A DNA stretch of 64,000 bases from Sulfurimonas sp. (GCA_041662225.1 JBAZSX010000007.1:30958-94957); one strand, 5' to 3'. Shown: positions 17,188 to 27,677, counted from the first letter of the stretch. Translations and numbers: made by a program. Notes: a model not told the origin generated them from the letters alone.

Positions 17188-18117
17188 CTATAAACTAAAA
17201 GTCTCTTTTATATTTTCAATGACACCTGCTATTAACTTCTCTCTCGCCTCTACTGAAGCCCACGCGATATGTGGAGTAATATAGAGTTTATCTTTATTTT
17301 TTACACTCAAAAGAGGGTGATTCTCTTGCATGGGCTCTTTTGAAAGCACATCCAAACCGAAGTAAATATTCTTTTCTTCAACTAAGCGTGCAACTGCTTC
17401 TTCATTGATGATACCGCCACGTCCTAAGTTTAAAACAATGGCACTATCTTTGCAAGTAAACAACTGCTCATAATCCAAAAGATTGTTGGTTTGTTCGTTT
17501 AGAGGTGCATGAATGGAGATAATATCGCAAATTTTTAAAAGCTCTGAAATTTCAATATGCTCAAAATCTTCTGCATAGTTTTTGCCGCTTGTAGAGTAGT
17601 AAACAACTTCCGCTCCAAAAGCTTTTGCAATATTTGCAACTCCTCGACCAATGGAGCCTAAACCGATGATGCCCCATCTTTTACCCTTAATTTCAGAGAA
17701 TGGATTGGATACATCTGTAAAAATTTTGCTTCTTGAGTACGCGCCGCTTTTTACATACTCATCATAATACATTGAATGACCCATAAGAAAAAAAAGCATA
17801 GAAAAAGTGTGCTGTATAACCGAATCAGTTGAATAGCCTGCCACATTTTTAACAGCGATGCCTCTTTGTTTTGCTGAAGCCAAATCAATATTATTCATTC
17901 CCGTAGCTGCTACGCAGATAAGTTTTAAAGATGGAGTCTGCTGCATAAGCAAATCATCTATAACAACTTTGTTAGTAACAATAACATCTGCGTTTGTTAT
18001 GCGTTTGCTAACCTCATCTGGAGACGAGGTCAAATAACTTTCTACATATCCGAATTGCTCAAATTTGCTTAAGTCGGTATTTCCAAATGTGAGTGCATCG
18101 AGTAAAACTATTTTCAT
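17188..18117 (-). CDS. D-2-hydroxyacid dehydrogenase
   Basis: GIIGLGSIG, IHAPL, NLGRGG and TPHIAWAS motifs. Confidence 0.9.
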   Translation of the reverse strand: MKIVLLDALTFGNTDLSKFEQFGYVESYLTSSPDEVSKRITNADVIVTNKVVIDDLLMQQTPSLKLICVAATGMNNIDLASAKQRGIAVKNVAGYSTDSVIQHTFSMLFFLMGHSMYYDEYVKSGAYSRSKIFTDVSNPFSEIKGKRWGIIGLGSIGRGVANIAKAFGAEVVYYSTSGKNYAEDFEHIEISELLKICDIISIHAPLNEQTNNLLDYEQLFTCKDSAIVLNLGRGGIINEEAVARLVEEKNIYFGLDVLSKEPMQENHPLLSVKNKDKLYITPHIAWASVEAREKLIAGVIENIKETFSL

Positions 18118-18125
18118 ATCTGTTT

Positions 18126-19295
18126 TTACCGGTGTACATCTTTTATTTTTTTTATCAATTCTCTTGCTTTGGCAAGTGCGCTGTCAACTTTGTCAAATAC
18201 AAGAGCAACTGCTAAACGGCGACCTTTGTGCGCTTCTGGTTTTGAAAAAATTCTTACAAAACTGTTTTGGCTAAAAAGAGAGTCATCTACATCCACAACA
18301 GGAGCAAAGTTGTGAGTCTCTGATTTGAATGCGGCACTTGCTCCGTCTCCATAAAATGTAAATCCAAGTGGAAGCCCTAAAACGGCTCTTAAATGAAGGG
18401 CGAATTCGCTTTGGCTTTGCGTGATGAGTGTAACCATTCCCGTGTCATGCGGACGAGGTGAAACTTCTGAAAAATAGACTTCATCCCCTTTAATAAACAG
18501 CTCAACCCCAAAAAGACCTTGACCGCCTAGACCGTCTGTGATTTTCTTAGCCATCTCCTGAGCCTTTTGTTTTGCAACTTCGCTCATTGCCATCGGCTGC
18601 CATGAGAAGACATAATCGCCGTCTCTCTGTTCATGTCCGATAGGTTCGCAAAAAATGGTCTCTTTGCCGTTTCTAGCCGTCAAAAGTGCAATTTCATAGT
18701 CAAAATCAACAAAAGCTTCCACGATAAGCTCACTTGAATCGCCTCTTGCCTCTTTTGCCATCTCCCATGATTTTTCAATGTCTCCGGCACTTTTTGCCAC
18801 ACTTTGGCCATGCCCTGAGCTGCTCATAACAGGCTTGATAACACAAGGAAATCCCATACGCTCCGCGGCGGCTTTTAGTTCATCGAGCGTTTTTACAAAC
18901 TCATATGCACCCGTTTTTAATCCTAGCTCTTCTGCTGCAAAACGGCGAATATTTTTGCGATTCATGGTCTTGTTTACAGCTTCGGCATTTGGGATAACAT
19001 TAAACCCCTCAGCCTCCGCTTCAAAGAGAGCGGCGATGCTTATAGCTTCAATTTCAGGAAGAATATAGTCAGGCTTTTCACGACGGATAATTTCTAAGAT
19101 GGCATCTTTGTCTTGCATGTTTACGACATAGGAGCGGTGTGCCACATGGTGTGCCGGAGCATTTTGGTATCTGTCCACTGCGATAACTTCAAGCCCCAAT
19201 CTTTGAGCCTCGATAACTACTTCTTTGCCTAGCTCACCCGAGCCAAGTAACATGATTTTTTTTGAATTTGATTTTAACGGAGCGGAGAATTGCAT
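18126..19295 (-). CDS. purT: Formate-dependent phosphoribosylglycinamide formyltransferase
   Basis: [22 protein letters not shown] and [10 protein letters not shown] motifs. Confidence 0.95.
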   Translation of the reverse strand: MQFSAPLKSNSKKIMLLGSGELGKEVVIEAQRLGLEVIAVDRYQNAPAHHVAHRSYVVNMQDKDAILEIIRREKPDYILPEIEAISIAALFEAEAEGFNVIPNAEAVNKTMNRKNIRRFAAEELGLKTGAYEFVKTLDELKAAAERMGFPCVIKPVMSSSGHGQSVAKSAGDIEKSWEMAKEARGDSSELIVEAFVDFDYEIALLTARNGKETIFCEPIGHEQRDGDYVFSWQPMAMSEVAKQKAQEMAKKITDGLGGQGLFGVELFIKGDEVYFSEVSPRPHDTGMVTLITQSQSEFALHLRAVLGLPLGFTFYGDGASAAFKSETHNFAPVVDVDDSLFSQNSFVRIFSKPEAHKGRRLAVALVFDKVDSALAKARELIKKIKDVHR

Positions 19296-19355
19296 AAAAA
19301 TTCCTTCATAAATAATGAAGGAATTATATCAAAAATGGATTAAACTATTAAAGTT

Positions 19356-21491
19356 CTAGTTTTTTAATCCGATTAAAGTTTGAAGAAGCTGATCTGAAGT
19401 GGTAATTGTTTTACCATTTGCCTGATACCCTCTTTGAATAATAATAAGCTGTGTCAATGCACGAGAGAGGTCAACATTTGATGCCTCAAGCGCGGCTGAC
19501 TGTATAAATCCACGCCCTGCAGTCGCCGCTGTACCGATAATCGGCTCGCCTGAGTTGGCAGACTGGGTAAATACATTTCCGCCTTCGGTTCCAAGACCTT
19601 CGTTATTCGTAAATTTAGCCATGGCAATCTGCGCAAGACCAAATGAACGACCGTTTGAAAATGAACCGACTAAAGTACCGCTTTGGTCAATTCTGATTCC
19701 CACTAAATCTCCACCCGTATAACCATCTTGAGAGATACCGGATGTTGATGATGCAGAGTCAAAACTTGTCATACCGTCAAATGCATTGGGGGTACCAAAA
19801 CTGAGACTTATCTGTTGATCAGGTGCTGAACCGTTATTTCCGGAAAATGAGACATTTGGCGGATTATAAGTTGATAATGAGCCATCATTATTAAAACGAA
19901 CCGAACCGGTTTTTTCATTATAGGGCGCAACCGTATTAATAGTAGCCGGTTCCGGAACAGTGATTTTCAGATCCCAAGTACTACCTGTTGTTAAATCTAC
20001 GGCTGTTTTTCTAAACTCCATTCTTAGTGTGTGTTTAGAGCCAAGCGAATCAAAAACATCTATACTGCTTGAGTGTGTTGCTGCATTAAAACCTTGAGAG
20101 TAAGCTTTACCACCGCTTCCAGCCGGTAAAACAGCGTTCATAGCCTGCATATTCCTAGTAAAGCGAATATTGTCGGTAATACCTGTAGCTGAGTATGCTG
20201 TGACTTTTAGATTCATATCATAATCATTAACTGCACCGCCGGGATTTGTTATCTCAAACTTTCCTTGTGCATTTACTTTAATTTCTATGTTATTACCGGC
20301 ACCGGCAACGCCACCGCCATCAGCACGCGCTTGCTGCTCCATCGCATATCTTAAATCAGAGAGAGTAGTAAACTTTTTGTCAGTGCCTGTTGCCGTTGAG
20401 ACAACTGCCGGGTCATACTGGTATTTATATGCAGTTACAACCGAACCGGTTGTAACACCACTATTTGCATTACCGGCAGCTACATTTATATTATGTGATG
20501 CAGAATCACTTGCATTAGTGTTTGTTAAGTTTATTTTATTATTTGCAATATCGTATGTAGCAGTCACACCTGTTACAGATGTTTGAGCATTAATGGCTGC
20601 TACGAATCTATTCCCATTAACTGCTGTGGTATTTAATGGGTCACCACCGGTTGTTGTAATCAGTTTAGTTGTGCCGTCATCGAGTGTAAATGTTAAATCA
20701 AGCTCTCCGGCACCTGCCTGAACTACTCCGACACCATCTTTTTGAGCACTTAAAAATGATGCCCATACACCTTGATCTTTTTGAAGACTAAAAGCTTCTC
20801 CGGCTTCATTAAACATAACCCCTGCATCACCGGCGGGAACAGGATTCCCGGCTGCGTCAACTCCGTCATAAGAACCGGGAGATGTTACGCTCGGCGGAAT
20901 GCCTGTCCTTACCTCATAAGCCGGAGAAAAACTCTCAACTAGTATTCCTGAGTCGAGGTTTGCTTTGAGTACAACTTCATTACTAGGATTTGCAGGCGTT
21001 GTGAGCCCAGGTGCTATCTTTATGCTTGTAATCGGCGCAGTTGAGTCCACTTTGCCTGTGCTGCCATCCCTTAGCCATCCCTGTGTTATAAAACCGTTAT
21101 TATCGACGAAGTTTCCGGCTGCATCAAATTTAAAGTCACCTGCTCTGGTGAATTTGTATGTACTGCCGCCATCCGGAGATATTATAAAAAAACCGTCTCC
21201 CTGAATTGCGACATCCGTATTTTTGTCAGAATTTTGGATGGAACCTTGAGAAAATATGCGTGTCATAGAGCTAATTGAAGAACCAAGACCGACCTGCACG
21301 GCATTTTTACCGCCTAACGAGCCTTGAGGAGCTGTAGCGATTGCTTGATTTTGAGCCAAAAGATCTGAAAAATTAGCACGAGAGTATTTAAAACCTGTTG
21401 TATTTACATTGGCAATATTATTCGATTCGACATCCATCGCAACTTGATGCGATTGTAATCCCGAGACGCCGGAATAAAGTGATTTTAACAT
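19356..21491 (-). CDS. flgE: Flagellar hook protein FlgE (long form)
   Basis: SNNIANVNT.GFK, D.AIQGDGFF, and C-terminal LEASNVDLS...QRGYQAN. Confidence 0.95.
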   Translation of the reverse strand: MLKSLYSGVSGLQSHQVAMDVESNNIANVNTTGFKYSRANFSDLLAQNQAIATAPQGSLGGKNAVQVGLGSSISSMTRIFSQGSIQNSDKNTDVAIQGDGFFIISPDGGSTYKFTRAGDFKFDAAGNFVDNNGFITQGWLRDGSTGKVDSTAPITSIKIAPGLTTPANPSNEVVLKANLDSGILVESFSPAYEVRTGIPPSVTSPGSYDGVDAAGNPVPAGDAGVMFNEAGEAFSLQKDQGVWASFLSAQKDGVGVVQAGAGELDLTFTLDDGTTKLITTTGGDPLNTTAVNGNRFVAAINAQTSVTGVTATYDIANNKINLTNTNASDSASHNINVAAGNANSGVTTGSVVTAYKYQYDPAVVSTATGTDKKFTTLSDLRYAMEQQARADGGGVAGAGNNIEIKVNAQGKFEITNPGGAVNDYDMNLKVTAYSATGITDNIRFTRNMQAMNAVLPAGSGGKAYSQGFNAATHSSSIDVFDSLGSKHTLRMEFRKTAVDLTTGSTWDLKITVPEPATINTVAPYNEKTGSVRFNNDGSLSTYNPPNVSFSGNNGSAPDQQISLSFGTPNAFDGMTSFDSASSTSGISQDGYTGGDLVGIRIDQSGTLVGSFSNGRSFGLAQIAMAKFTNNEGLGTEGGNVFTQSANSGEPIIGTAATAGRGFIQSAALEASNVDLSRALTQLIIIQRGYQANGKTITTSDQLLQTLIGLKN

Positions 21492-21524
21492 TTTAAATCC
21501 TTTTGATTTATAGTATATTGATTG

Positions 21525-21540
21525 AGCATTTAGCGTTCCA
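21525..21540 (-). promoter_or_regulatory. Sigma54 -24/-12 promoter of flgE
   Basis: TGGAACGCTAAATGCT, GG-N10-GC spacing, 34 bp upstream of the start. Confidence 0.8.
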
Positions 21541-21550
21541 AGTTATTTAT

Positions 21551-22834
21551 TTATTTGTGCATGCTTAAAGCTTTTTGTATCATTTGATCAGCTGTAGTTA
21601 CACACTTTGAACTAGCGTCATATGCTTTTTGATGTATTATTAAATCTGTTAGCCCTGTGCTCATTTGAACATTTGAACTCTCTAGTTTATAGTTCATAAT
21701 GCTTGCACCAACACTGTCATTACCGTTTGCATCTTTAAAAAATATTGCATTTCCGCTATTGGAAGATTCGGAAAATTTCGTTCCGGTTACTCTGTCTAAG
21801 CCTTGGTCATTTTGAAAATGGTAAACAGCAATCTTTCCGACACTGCTTTGCATACCGTTTGTGAAGGTTGCCAAAACTTCCCCATTTTTGTTAATCGAAT
21901 ACCCTTCGAGATCCCCACCGGGTGTTCCATCTGCTATACTAGAGCCTGATTTATAAATTCCGTTTGTTGTAACTACCCCACCATATCCACTGCCTAAATC
22001 AATCGCAACATTTGTTCCGTTATTATCAATAGTTGTGAGCGTAGTAGAGAGTAAATCACCATTTTCGCCAAAGTTTACACTTCCTGTTTTGGTGTCGTAA
22101 GTAGTAAATCCATCTGAAGATTTGGTAGTTGCCACTACATCCCATTGGCTTCCCGGAGGAGTTTGAGTTGCACTTTTTGTAAATTCTAATTGCAGATTGT
22201 TTTTGTTCCCTTTTGAATCAATAACTCCGGTACCGACAGGTATCATCTCTGCACCGAGACCTAGGTTGGCAAAGAACTTTGCATTTGTTGTCGGTTGGGC
22301 AGGATAGGTTAGATATTTTGGAAATTGCAGTTTTTCTTGAGCTGCTGCACTCTTTAACGGTACTTCATCTAGTGTTTTAGTAAGCGTGTTATTAGAGATA
22401 TTTCCGCCCATAGTTCCCAAAACATGAAAGCCGTCACCCGTTACTAAATTATCGTTGGAATCAAAAGAGAAACTTCCGTCACGAGTGTATAAAGGTGCAC
22501 CGGAGGATTGTACGCCAAACCATCCATCTCCGCTAATTGCCAAATCGGTATTTTTTTCTGAGAGTATTACAGAACCATTTTGCATATTCATAGTTGTTGC
22601 AGAGACTCTTGTGCCAACTCCGATTTGACTATCCACACTTGAGCTAGCAGAAGTTGAATTAAGTGCATTTTCAAAGAGTGATGAAAATTCTGTACTATAT
22701 CCACGAAATCCGTATGTACTCACATTCGCCAAGTTGTCGGATATTACATCTATAGCAGTTTGGTTACTCTTAAGAGCGGAGATTCCGGTATAAAAAGCTT
22801 GAGTCATCATAGTGAACTCCTTATAAAATCTCAT
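21551..22834 (-). CDS. flgE: Second FlgE-family hook protein (short form)
   Basis: SDNLANVST.GF, DLAISGDGWF and LESSNV; downstream of flgD. Confidence 0.85.
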   Translation of the reverse strand: MRFYKEFTMMTQAFYTGISALKSNQTAIDVISDNLANVSTYGFRGYSTEFSSLFENALNSTSASSSVDSQIGVGTRVSATTMNMQNGSVILSEKNTDLAISGDGWFGVQSSGAPLYTRDGSFSFDSNDNLVTGDGFHVLGTMGGNISNNTLTKTLDEVPLKSAAAQEKLQFPKYLTYPAQPTTNAKFFANLGLGAEMIPVGTGVIDSKGNKNNLQLEFTKSATQTPPGSQWDVVATTKSSDGFTTYDTKTGSVNFGENGDLLSTTLTTIDNNGTNVAIDLGSGYGGVVTTNGIYKSGSSIADGTPGGDLEGYSINKNGEVLATFTNGMQSSVGKIAVYHFQNDQGLDRVTGTKFSESSNSGNAIFFKDANGNDSVGASIMNYKLESSNVQMSTGLTDLIIHQKAYDASSKCVTTADQMIQKALSMHK

Positions 22835-22860
22835 AAAGCAAAGCTTTATGTAGCTTTAGG

Positions 22861-22920
22861 GGGTTGTAGGGACATCTGTCCCTGCCATTCAAACGGATGT
22901 GTTCGTTTGAATGCGTAACA
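22861..22920. repeat. 60-bp intergenic repeat, family B, copy 1
   Basis: 47/60 identical to 54281-54340; hairpin CATTCAAACG/CGTTTGAATG. Confidence 0.75.
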
Positions 22921-22924
22921 TAAA

Positions 22925-23587
22925 TTAGTAAACTTCTTTCACACTTTCAAGCGGAACATAACTTGAACCAAGTTTGACAAGAGTATCCCCCTTGTCAAAC
23001 TTAACTGATTCTATAGGATAGGCACCAAGTCTTGTTGTTTGAGTTTTTCCATCTGTGTCAGCGTATGTTGCGTTCACATGGTAAATACCGCTATCAGCTA
23101 TATTCCCTGCACTATTTTTGCCGTCCCATGTAAACTGATAGACACCGGCAGGATTAGTACCGACATCAAGTGTGCCAACTTTATTCCCATTTTTATCACT
23201 AATTGTTACTGTGCCATCTTTAACAGATTTTGGAAAATAGACCTCAAATTTAGAATCAGTTCCCTTATCAAAAGTTATCGCATCACTCCCTAAGTCAGCC
23301 ATTTTTCCAATAGCTGCAATAGTAGAAAACTGTTGCGAACTTCCTAGTGCTGTTGTTAAAGCTGTTAGGGCAGTGTTTGTTTTATCAGTTGATTCTAAAG
23401 TTGCTAGCTGTGAAGTTTGCGATAAAATTTTCTCGCTGTCCATAGGTGCAGTTGGATCTTGATACTGAAGCTCAACTAAAAGAAGTTTCATAAAATCATC
23501 TTTTCCTAAAGCACTTTTATCTTTTGCTGCGGTTGCTGTAGTCGGTGCTGCTGTTGCAGCATTTTGCCCTGTTGCTGTAATTGCCAT
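22925..23587 (-). CDS. flgD: Flagellar hook cap protein
   Basis: LGKDDFMKLLLVELQYQDPTAPMD motif. Confidence 0.95.
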   Translation of the reverse strand: MAITATGQNAATAAPTTATAAKDKSALGKDDFMKLLLVELQYQDPTAPMDSEKILSQTSQLATLESTDKTNTALTALTTALGSSQQFSTIAAIGKMADLGSDAITFDKGTDSKFEVYFPKSVKDGTVTISDKNGNKVGTLDVGTNPAGVYQFTWDGKNSAGNIADSGIYHVNATYADTDGKTQTTRLGAYPIESVKFDKGDTLVKLGSSYVPLESVKEVY

Positions 23588-23597
23588 AATATGTCCT

Positions 23598-25391
23598 TTA
23601 TATGTACCTAGGAACGACTATTTCTAAAGAGCTTAATATCTCTTCATTTTTCTCATCATTCTCAAAATAGTTATACTCTTTATGAGCCTCTTTTTGCTGT
23701 TGTCTTTGCCCTTGCTGCTGGCTTGAAGCAGAGTTGTCAGAGCTGTTACTAAAATTCAAGGTAGCATTATTTATTCCACTATTACTTAATTGAGCTTTTA
23801 ACTCCATTACATTTGCAGAGAGGGTGTTGACTGCTGTTGAATTTGAGCTGATATTCACATGTAAATTTTTGCCTCTTTGCACTACCGTCAACTCAATATC
23901 ACCGAACTTTTCCGGGTTGAGTTGCACTTTTACTCTGGTGAACGGCGCTTTGTAATCCTCTATTGCAGTTTTAACATCCGTAGAGAGATATTTAATCATC
24001 TGCTTGGCTTCATTTATTTTCACTTCAAAGCTATCGGCTTTATGTACGCTCAGTCCATCTAGCTTTGAGTTTTTGGAGTTATCGATTTTTGATTCCGTGT
24101 TGCCGACTAAAAGTTTTTCAAATGGGTTCTCGGATTGGCTTTTAGATTCAGATGAATTGCTAGATTCTATTGCCCTTGCAGCAACAACAGAGACGTTACT
24201 TGCAAGTTCGGATATGCTTTGCGTTGTTTTTTCTCCATGTAGGAGTGATTTTAGAGTCTCGTCTGCTCTGTTTTTAGTGGTTTTTTCTTCAACTTTCACT
24301 GTTCCGCCGGATTTAGCTTGAACCAACTGCTCTGTCGTGTGTTCTGTCGGTACCCAAGTTTTTAAAAGCGGTGCAGCTTTTGTCTCTTTTGTTTTAGGCT
24401 CTTCGATAGTTGCGATTTTATCAGATTGAACTACATCTATGTCGTTCTTAACTTCAGCTTTGAGTTCTTTAGTTTGCGGAGTTTTTACTTTTTTTTCTTT
24501 ATTATCAAAAGCTTCTGTTTTTATCTCTTTAATTTGTGGAACTTCCACAGCCGCGATCTCTTTAAAAGCCTCTTTAGCGATTGTTTTGTCTTTTGGAGCT
24601 TCTGCTTTAGCCACCGCCTCTTTTAAAGGTTCTTTGGCAACTGTCTTTGCATTCGGAGTTTCTGTCTTAAGTGCCTCTTTTAAAGGTTCTTTGGCAACTG
24701 TCTTTGCATTCGGAGTTTCTGTCTTAAGTGCCTCTTTTAAAGGTTCTTTGACGACTGCTCTTACTGGCTGAATCTCTTGCGGCGTACTCTCTTTTGTAGT
24801 TCTGTAAATGAGAGTTTCTGCTGATTTGCTATCGGGCTTATTGGTTTTGGTATTTGGGCGAACATCTTCCATTGTTATTTTACTAATATCTATGCCAAAT
24901 TTTTTGCCTACCTCAGCCAGACCTTTGAGTGTTTTTGGGAGCTCTTTTATCTCAGATTTTTTATAATCATCACTCTTAATAATTTTAGATTTCAGATACT
25001 CTTTGGCATCTTTTACCAGAACTTTTAGTTCCTCTTTACTTAATGATGAGGTAATTTTTGGATTTAATTCAAAGGGTGCAGTTGCTTCTTTTAACTCTTC
25101 TTTAATATCTCTGTTTTTAAGCAGTGATGTCAAGGTTTCAGTTTTTGTAGATGCTTTTGTGCTTTTTGTATCTTTTGCTTCACTCGGCAGAGATAAAACT
25201 AAAGCCCCGTTTTGAATAGGTTGAGTCTCTTTTTTGCCGCTTATTCCTTTTAAAAGTTCAGAGAACGACAGCTTTGATTTATCTTCTTTTGTCACTAAAC
25301 TTATGGGGGATGATGAACTATTTTTTGTTTTTACATCTAGCGAAATCATTTTATCTCCACATGACAAAGTTTTTATACTATACATTAGCAT
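23598..25391 (-). CDS. fliK: Flagellar hook-length control protein (likely start 25349, MISLDVK)
   Basis: C-terminal QLNPEKFG...LSNSG domain; position upstream of flgD; GGAG RBS before 25349. Confidence 0.88.
   Translation of the reverse strand: MLMYSIKTLSCGDKMISLDVKTKNSSSSPISLVTKEDKSKLSFSELLKGISGKKETQPIQNGALVLSLPSEAKDTKSTKASTKTETLTSLLKNRDIKEELKEATAPFELNPKITSSLSKEELKVLVKDAKEYLKSKIIKSDDYKKSEIKELPKTLKGLAEVGKKFGIDISKITMEDVRPNTKTNKPDSKSAETLIYRTTKESTPQEIQPVRAVVKEPLKEALKTETPNAKTVAKEPLKEALKTETPNAKTVAKEPLKEAVAKAEAPKDKTIAKEAFKEIAAVEVPQIKEIKTEAFDNKEKKVKTPQTKELKAEVKNDIDVVQSDKIATIEEPKTKETKAAPLLKTWVPTEHTTEQLVQAKSGGTVKVEEKTTKNRADETLKSLLHGEKTTQSISELASNVSVVAARAIESSNSSESKSQSENPFEKLLVGNTESKIDNSKNSKLDGLSVHKADSFEVKINEAKQMIKYLSTDVKTAIEDYKAPFTRVKVQLNPEKFGDIELTVVQRGKNLHVNISSNSTAVNTLSANVMELKAQLSNSGINNATLNFSNSSDNSASSQQQGQRQQQKEAHKEYNYFENDEKNEEILSSLEIVVPRYI
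24616..24750 (-). repeat. 57-bp coding tandem repeat in fliK (about 2.4 units)
   Basis: AKEPLKEALKTETPNAKTV repeated with identical nucleotide sequence. Confidence 0.88.
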
Positions 25392-25402
25392 TTATTATTC
25401 CA
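25387..25402 (-). promoter_or_regulatory. Sigma54 promoter facing fliK
   Basis: TGGAATAATAAATGCT on the minus strand, GG-N10-GC. Confidence 0.7.
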
Positions 25403-25408
25403 AGATTT

Positions 25409-25424
25409 TGGAACATTTAATGCT
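25409..25424 (+). promoter_or_regulatory. Sigma54 promoter facing the SPOR-barrel gene
   Basis: TGGAACATTTAATGCT, GG-N10-GC. Confidence 0.65.
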
Positions 25425-25450
25425 ATCCATTCAAAATTATTATAAAAGGG

Positions 25451-26299
25451 GTGCTTTTGAAATTATTTTATTTTCTTCTTATCTGTTTCTTCTTCTCAAC
25501 TTCGGTTTTTGCTGATTCAAAATATGTATTAGTTACAAAAACAAAAAGTCAGGCTGAATTGCCATACATAAAAGCTAAGCTTAAAAAATTAGAACTAAAT
25601 ATGGTTGCTTACAAATCTGAAGATGAATATACCGTATATTCCGGTGCTTTTAAAAACCATAAATCTGCGATTACTGCATTACAAAGTATTCAAAGTTATT
25701 TTCCTGAAGCTCTTATAGTCTCTTTTGATTCACAAACAATCCAAGAAGAAACAGGAATTTCAAAGGTGAGATACTTTTTTATAAATGGTTCACTTGCATC
25801 TTTAGGAATTCCGTTTGACCATTCTGTCCGAGAAGGAAATATAACGATAAATTCAATTGGCACGAGTGCTATGGGATATATTTTTGAAGCGGGATATAAC
25901 TTTGAAAATAATATTTTTATGACTTTAAGCTATTTGAATGCAGCCTCAACTACAAATACGATTGCAAATCTTTATAGCACAATCAACTATAAAATGAGAA
26001 TGGGTCAATTTGAGCCATATGCTGGAGTAATGGGAGGATTAAGCACTCTTAGCTGGACAAAGCCGCCAATGGGAACGGCTACTAGTGGAGCCGATAGTGC
26101 TCTGCTGTATGGTGCTCAAACGGGATTAAACTATGACACAGGTTTTAGTAATTTGGCTGTTTTCATAAACTATCAATTCGCTTTTATGAATCATAAAACA
26201 CCATTGCTAGTTACAAATACAACATCCGTAACCGGCTCTTCGACACTTACTCAGCAATTACTACACGGAATAAGTTTTGGAGTTCAATACAGATTTTGA
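25451..26299 (+). CDS. SPOR-like domain plus outer-membrane beta-barrel protein
   Basis: Signal peptide; YTVYSGAF..A..AL..I..YFPEA SPOR-like segment; amphipathic strands ending GVQYRF. Confidence 0.75.
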   Translation: MLLKLFYFLLICFFFSTSVFADSKYVLVTKTKSQAELPYIKAKLKKLELNMVAYKSEDEYTVYSGAFKNHKSAITALQSIQSYFPEALIVSFDSQTIQEETGISKVRYFFINGSLASLGIPFDHSVREGNITINSIGTSAMGYIFEAGYNFENNIFMTLSYLNAASTTNTIANLYSTINYKMRMGQFEPYAGVMGGLSTLSWTKPPMGTATSGADSALLYGAQTGLNYDTGFSNLAVFINYQFAFMNHKTPLLVTNTTSVTGSSTLTQQLLHGISFGVQYRF

Positions 26300-26307
26300 A
26301 AGAGTAA

Positions 26308-26739
26308 CTAGAAGTCTGAGTAGTTTAGATTAACTTCCATCTCAACTTCGCATAATCCATCTTTAAAAATTGTGTTTACGATTGTTGCATTTTTGATTAT
26401 ATTTTGAACATGTGCTCTAACTTCAGAACGAGTTACCTGCATATTTTTAATTGTGTCCTGACCTTCTACTGAAACTCCTTTTATACGTTCTGCTATAAGT
26501 CTGTATCCATCCACCATAGCAGCACGCTTTGCAAGGGCTTGCGCTTGAGCCGGCATTGTTGAAAATGCAGGAGCAACACCTTGACCAAATACGGTTATTC
26601 TTACATTTTTTTCAGGTTTTAATACAAGATCGCTGTCTAAATCTTTTACTTCTTGAAGTTTGCCTGACGGATAGCCGTCAGCCGCGTAAACGGCAGAGAT
26701 GTTGGCAACACATAGTATAAATAAAATTAAATATTTCAT
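26308..26739 (-). CDS. LPP20 / FlgP-like protein
   Basis: GQGVAP...AQAQALAKRAAMVDGYR..AERIKGV.V.G.DTIK resembles FlgP/LPP20. Confidence 0.75.
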   Translation of the reverse strand: MKYLILFILCVANISAVYAADGYPSGKLQEVKDLDSDLVLKPEKNVRITVFGQGVAPAFSTMPAQAQALAKRAAMVDGYRLIAERIKGVSVEGQDTIKNMQVTRSEVRAHVQNIIKNATIVNTIFKDGLCEVEMEVNLNYSDF

Positions 26740-26790
26740 TAAAATTCCTAACTTAAATTTTCAGAGGCATTATAGCAAAAAGCATATAAA

Positions 26791-27612
26791 TTAAAATGCG
26801 TACTTAATGCTAAACTTATTTCCGACAGTTTTAAAGTCGATATGATCTTTCTTTTCTATAGCTTGAAAATCTTCATACATGTAGCTATAGCCTAAATAAA
26901 TATTGCTTACAACTCGATACTCTATGCCAAACTGATAGCCGGTAGCTTTAGATTCTGAATAGGAGAGGGAACTTATATTTCCATAGAGAACAAAGTTGTA
27001 ACGGTAATACTTAAAGCCTGCGTATGGCAACACAATATTAGCATCCACTTTGTCATACATGTAAATTGCGCTTGGATTTGCATTGTCTTTCATTTCTACA
27101 ATATAATCAATTACTTTTAGATTTGCTCCAATATCTAGCTCTATGTCACCTAAATAAAAACCTTTTTTTACCGCACCTTTTGCCTTAAAGTCTTGAAAAA
27201 CCACTACATTAAATACTTTATTGTCTATATTTGTAGCAGCATTTGTAAATTGTGTTGAAACCATAGTTACGGTTCTGTTAAAAGCAACATCATTCTTTTG
27301 TACCATGTTAAAGTAGCTTATATAAATATTTGGCACATAGTCGTAATCAAACCGTGTTTCTACTGAAAAGAATGATGATGTTGAATTTGGATATTTAAAA
27401 TCATCTTTGAAGTCAATAACGGACGGAGCTGCATTTGAAAGAGTTCCTTGAAAGTCTGACATATATATTGCAGCTTCAACTGTTGGATGTATTTTTGTAT
27501 ACCAAACAGCATCCCTCGAGTCTCCATCACTTTTAGCACTCTCCGCAAGAAGCGACTCACCCGCATAAGAAGATACAAACAGAATAAACAATAAAAAAAA
27601 CTTTAACAACAT
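26791..27612 (-). CDS. Outer-membrane beta-barrel protein (TIGR04219 / YfaZ-like)
   Basis: Signal peptide; VPNIYISY segment; alternating aromatic strands; C-terminal IKYAF. Confidence 0.65.
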   Translation of the reverse strand: MLLKFFLLFILFVSSYAGESLLAESAKSDGDSRDAVWYTKIHPTVEAAIYMSDFQGTLSNAAPSVIDFKDDFKYPNSTSSFFSVETRFDYDYVPNIYISYFNMVQKNDVAFNRTVTMVSTQFTNAATNIDNKVFNVVVFQDFKAKGAVKKGFYLGDIELDIGANLKVIDYIVEMKDNANPSAIYMYDKVDANIVLPYAGFKYYRYNFVLYGNISSLSYSESKATGYQFGIEYRVVSNIYLGYSYMYEDFQAIEKKDHIDFKTVGNKFSIKYAF

Positions 27613-27677
27613 AAAAACCCCTTTTCACCTTTTTAATTGCAAGTATTTTAACATAATATTTAAATTACCGCAGAAAC

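Noticed and set aside
19356-22834. Two flgE genes as a novelty
   Set aside because: Paired long and short FlgE genes are established in Campylobacterota.
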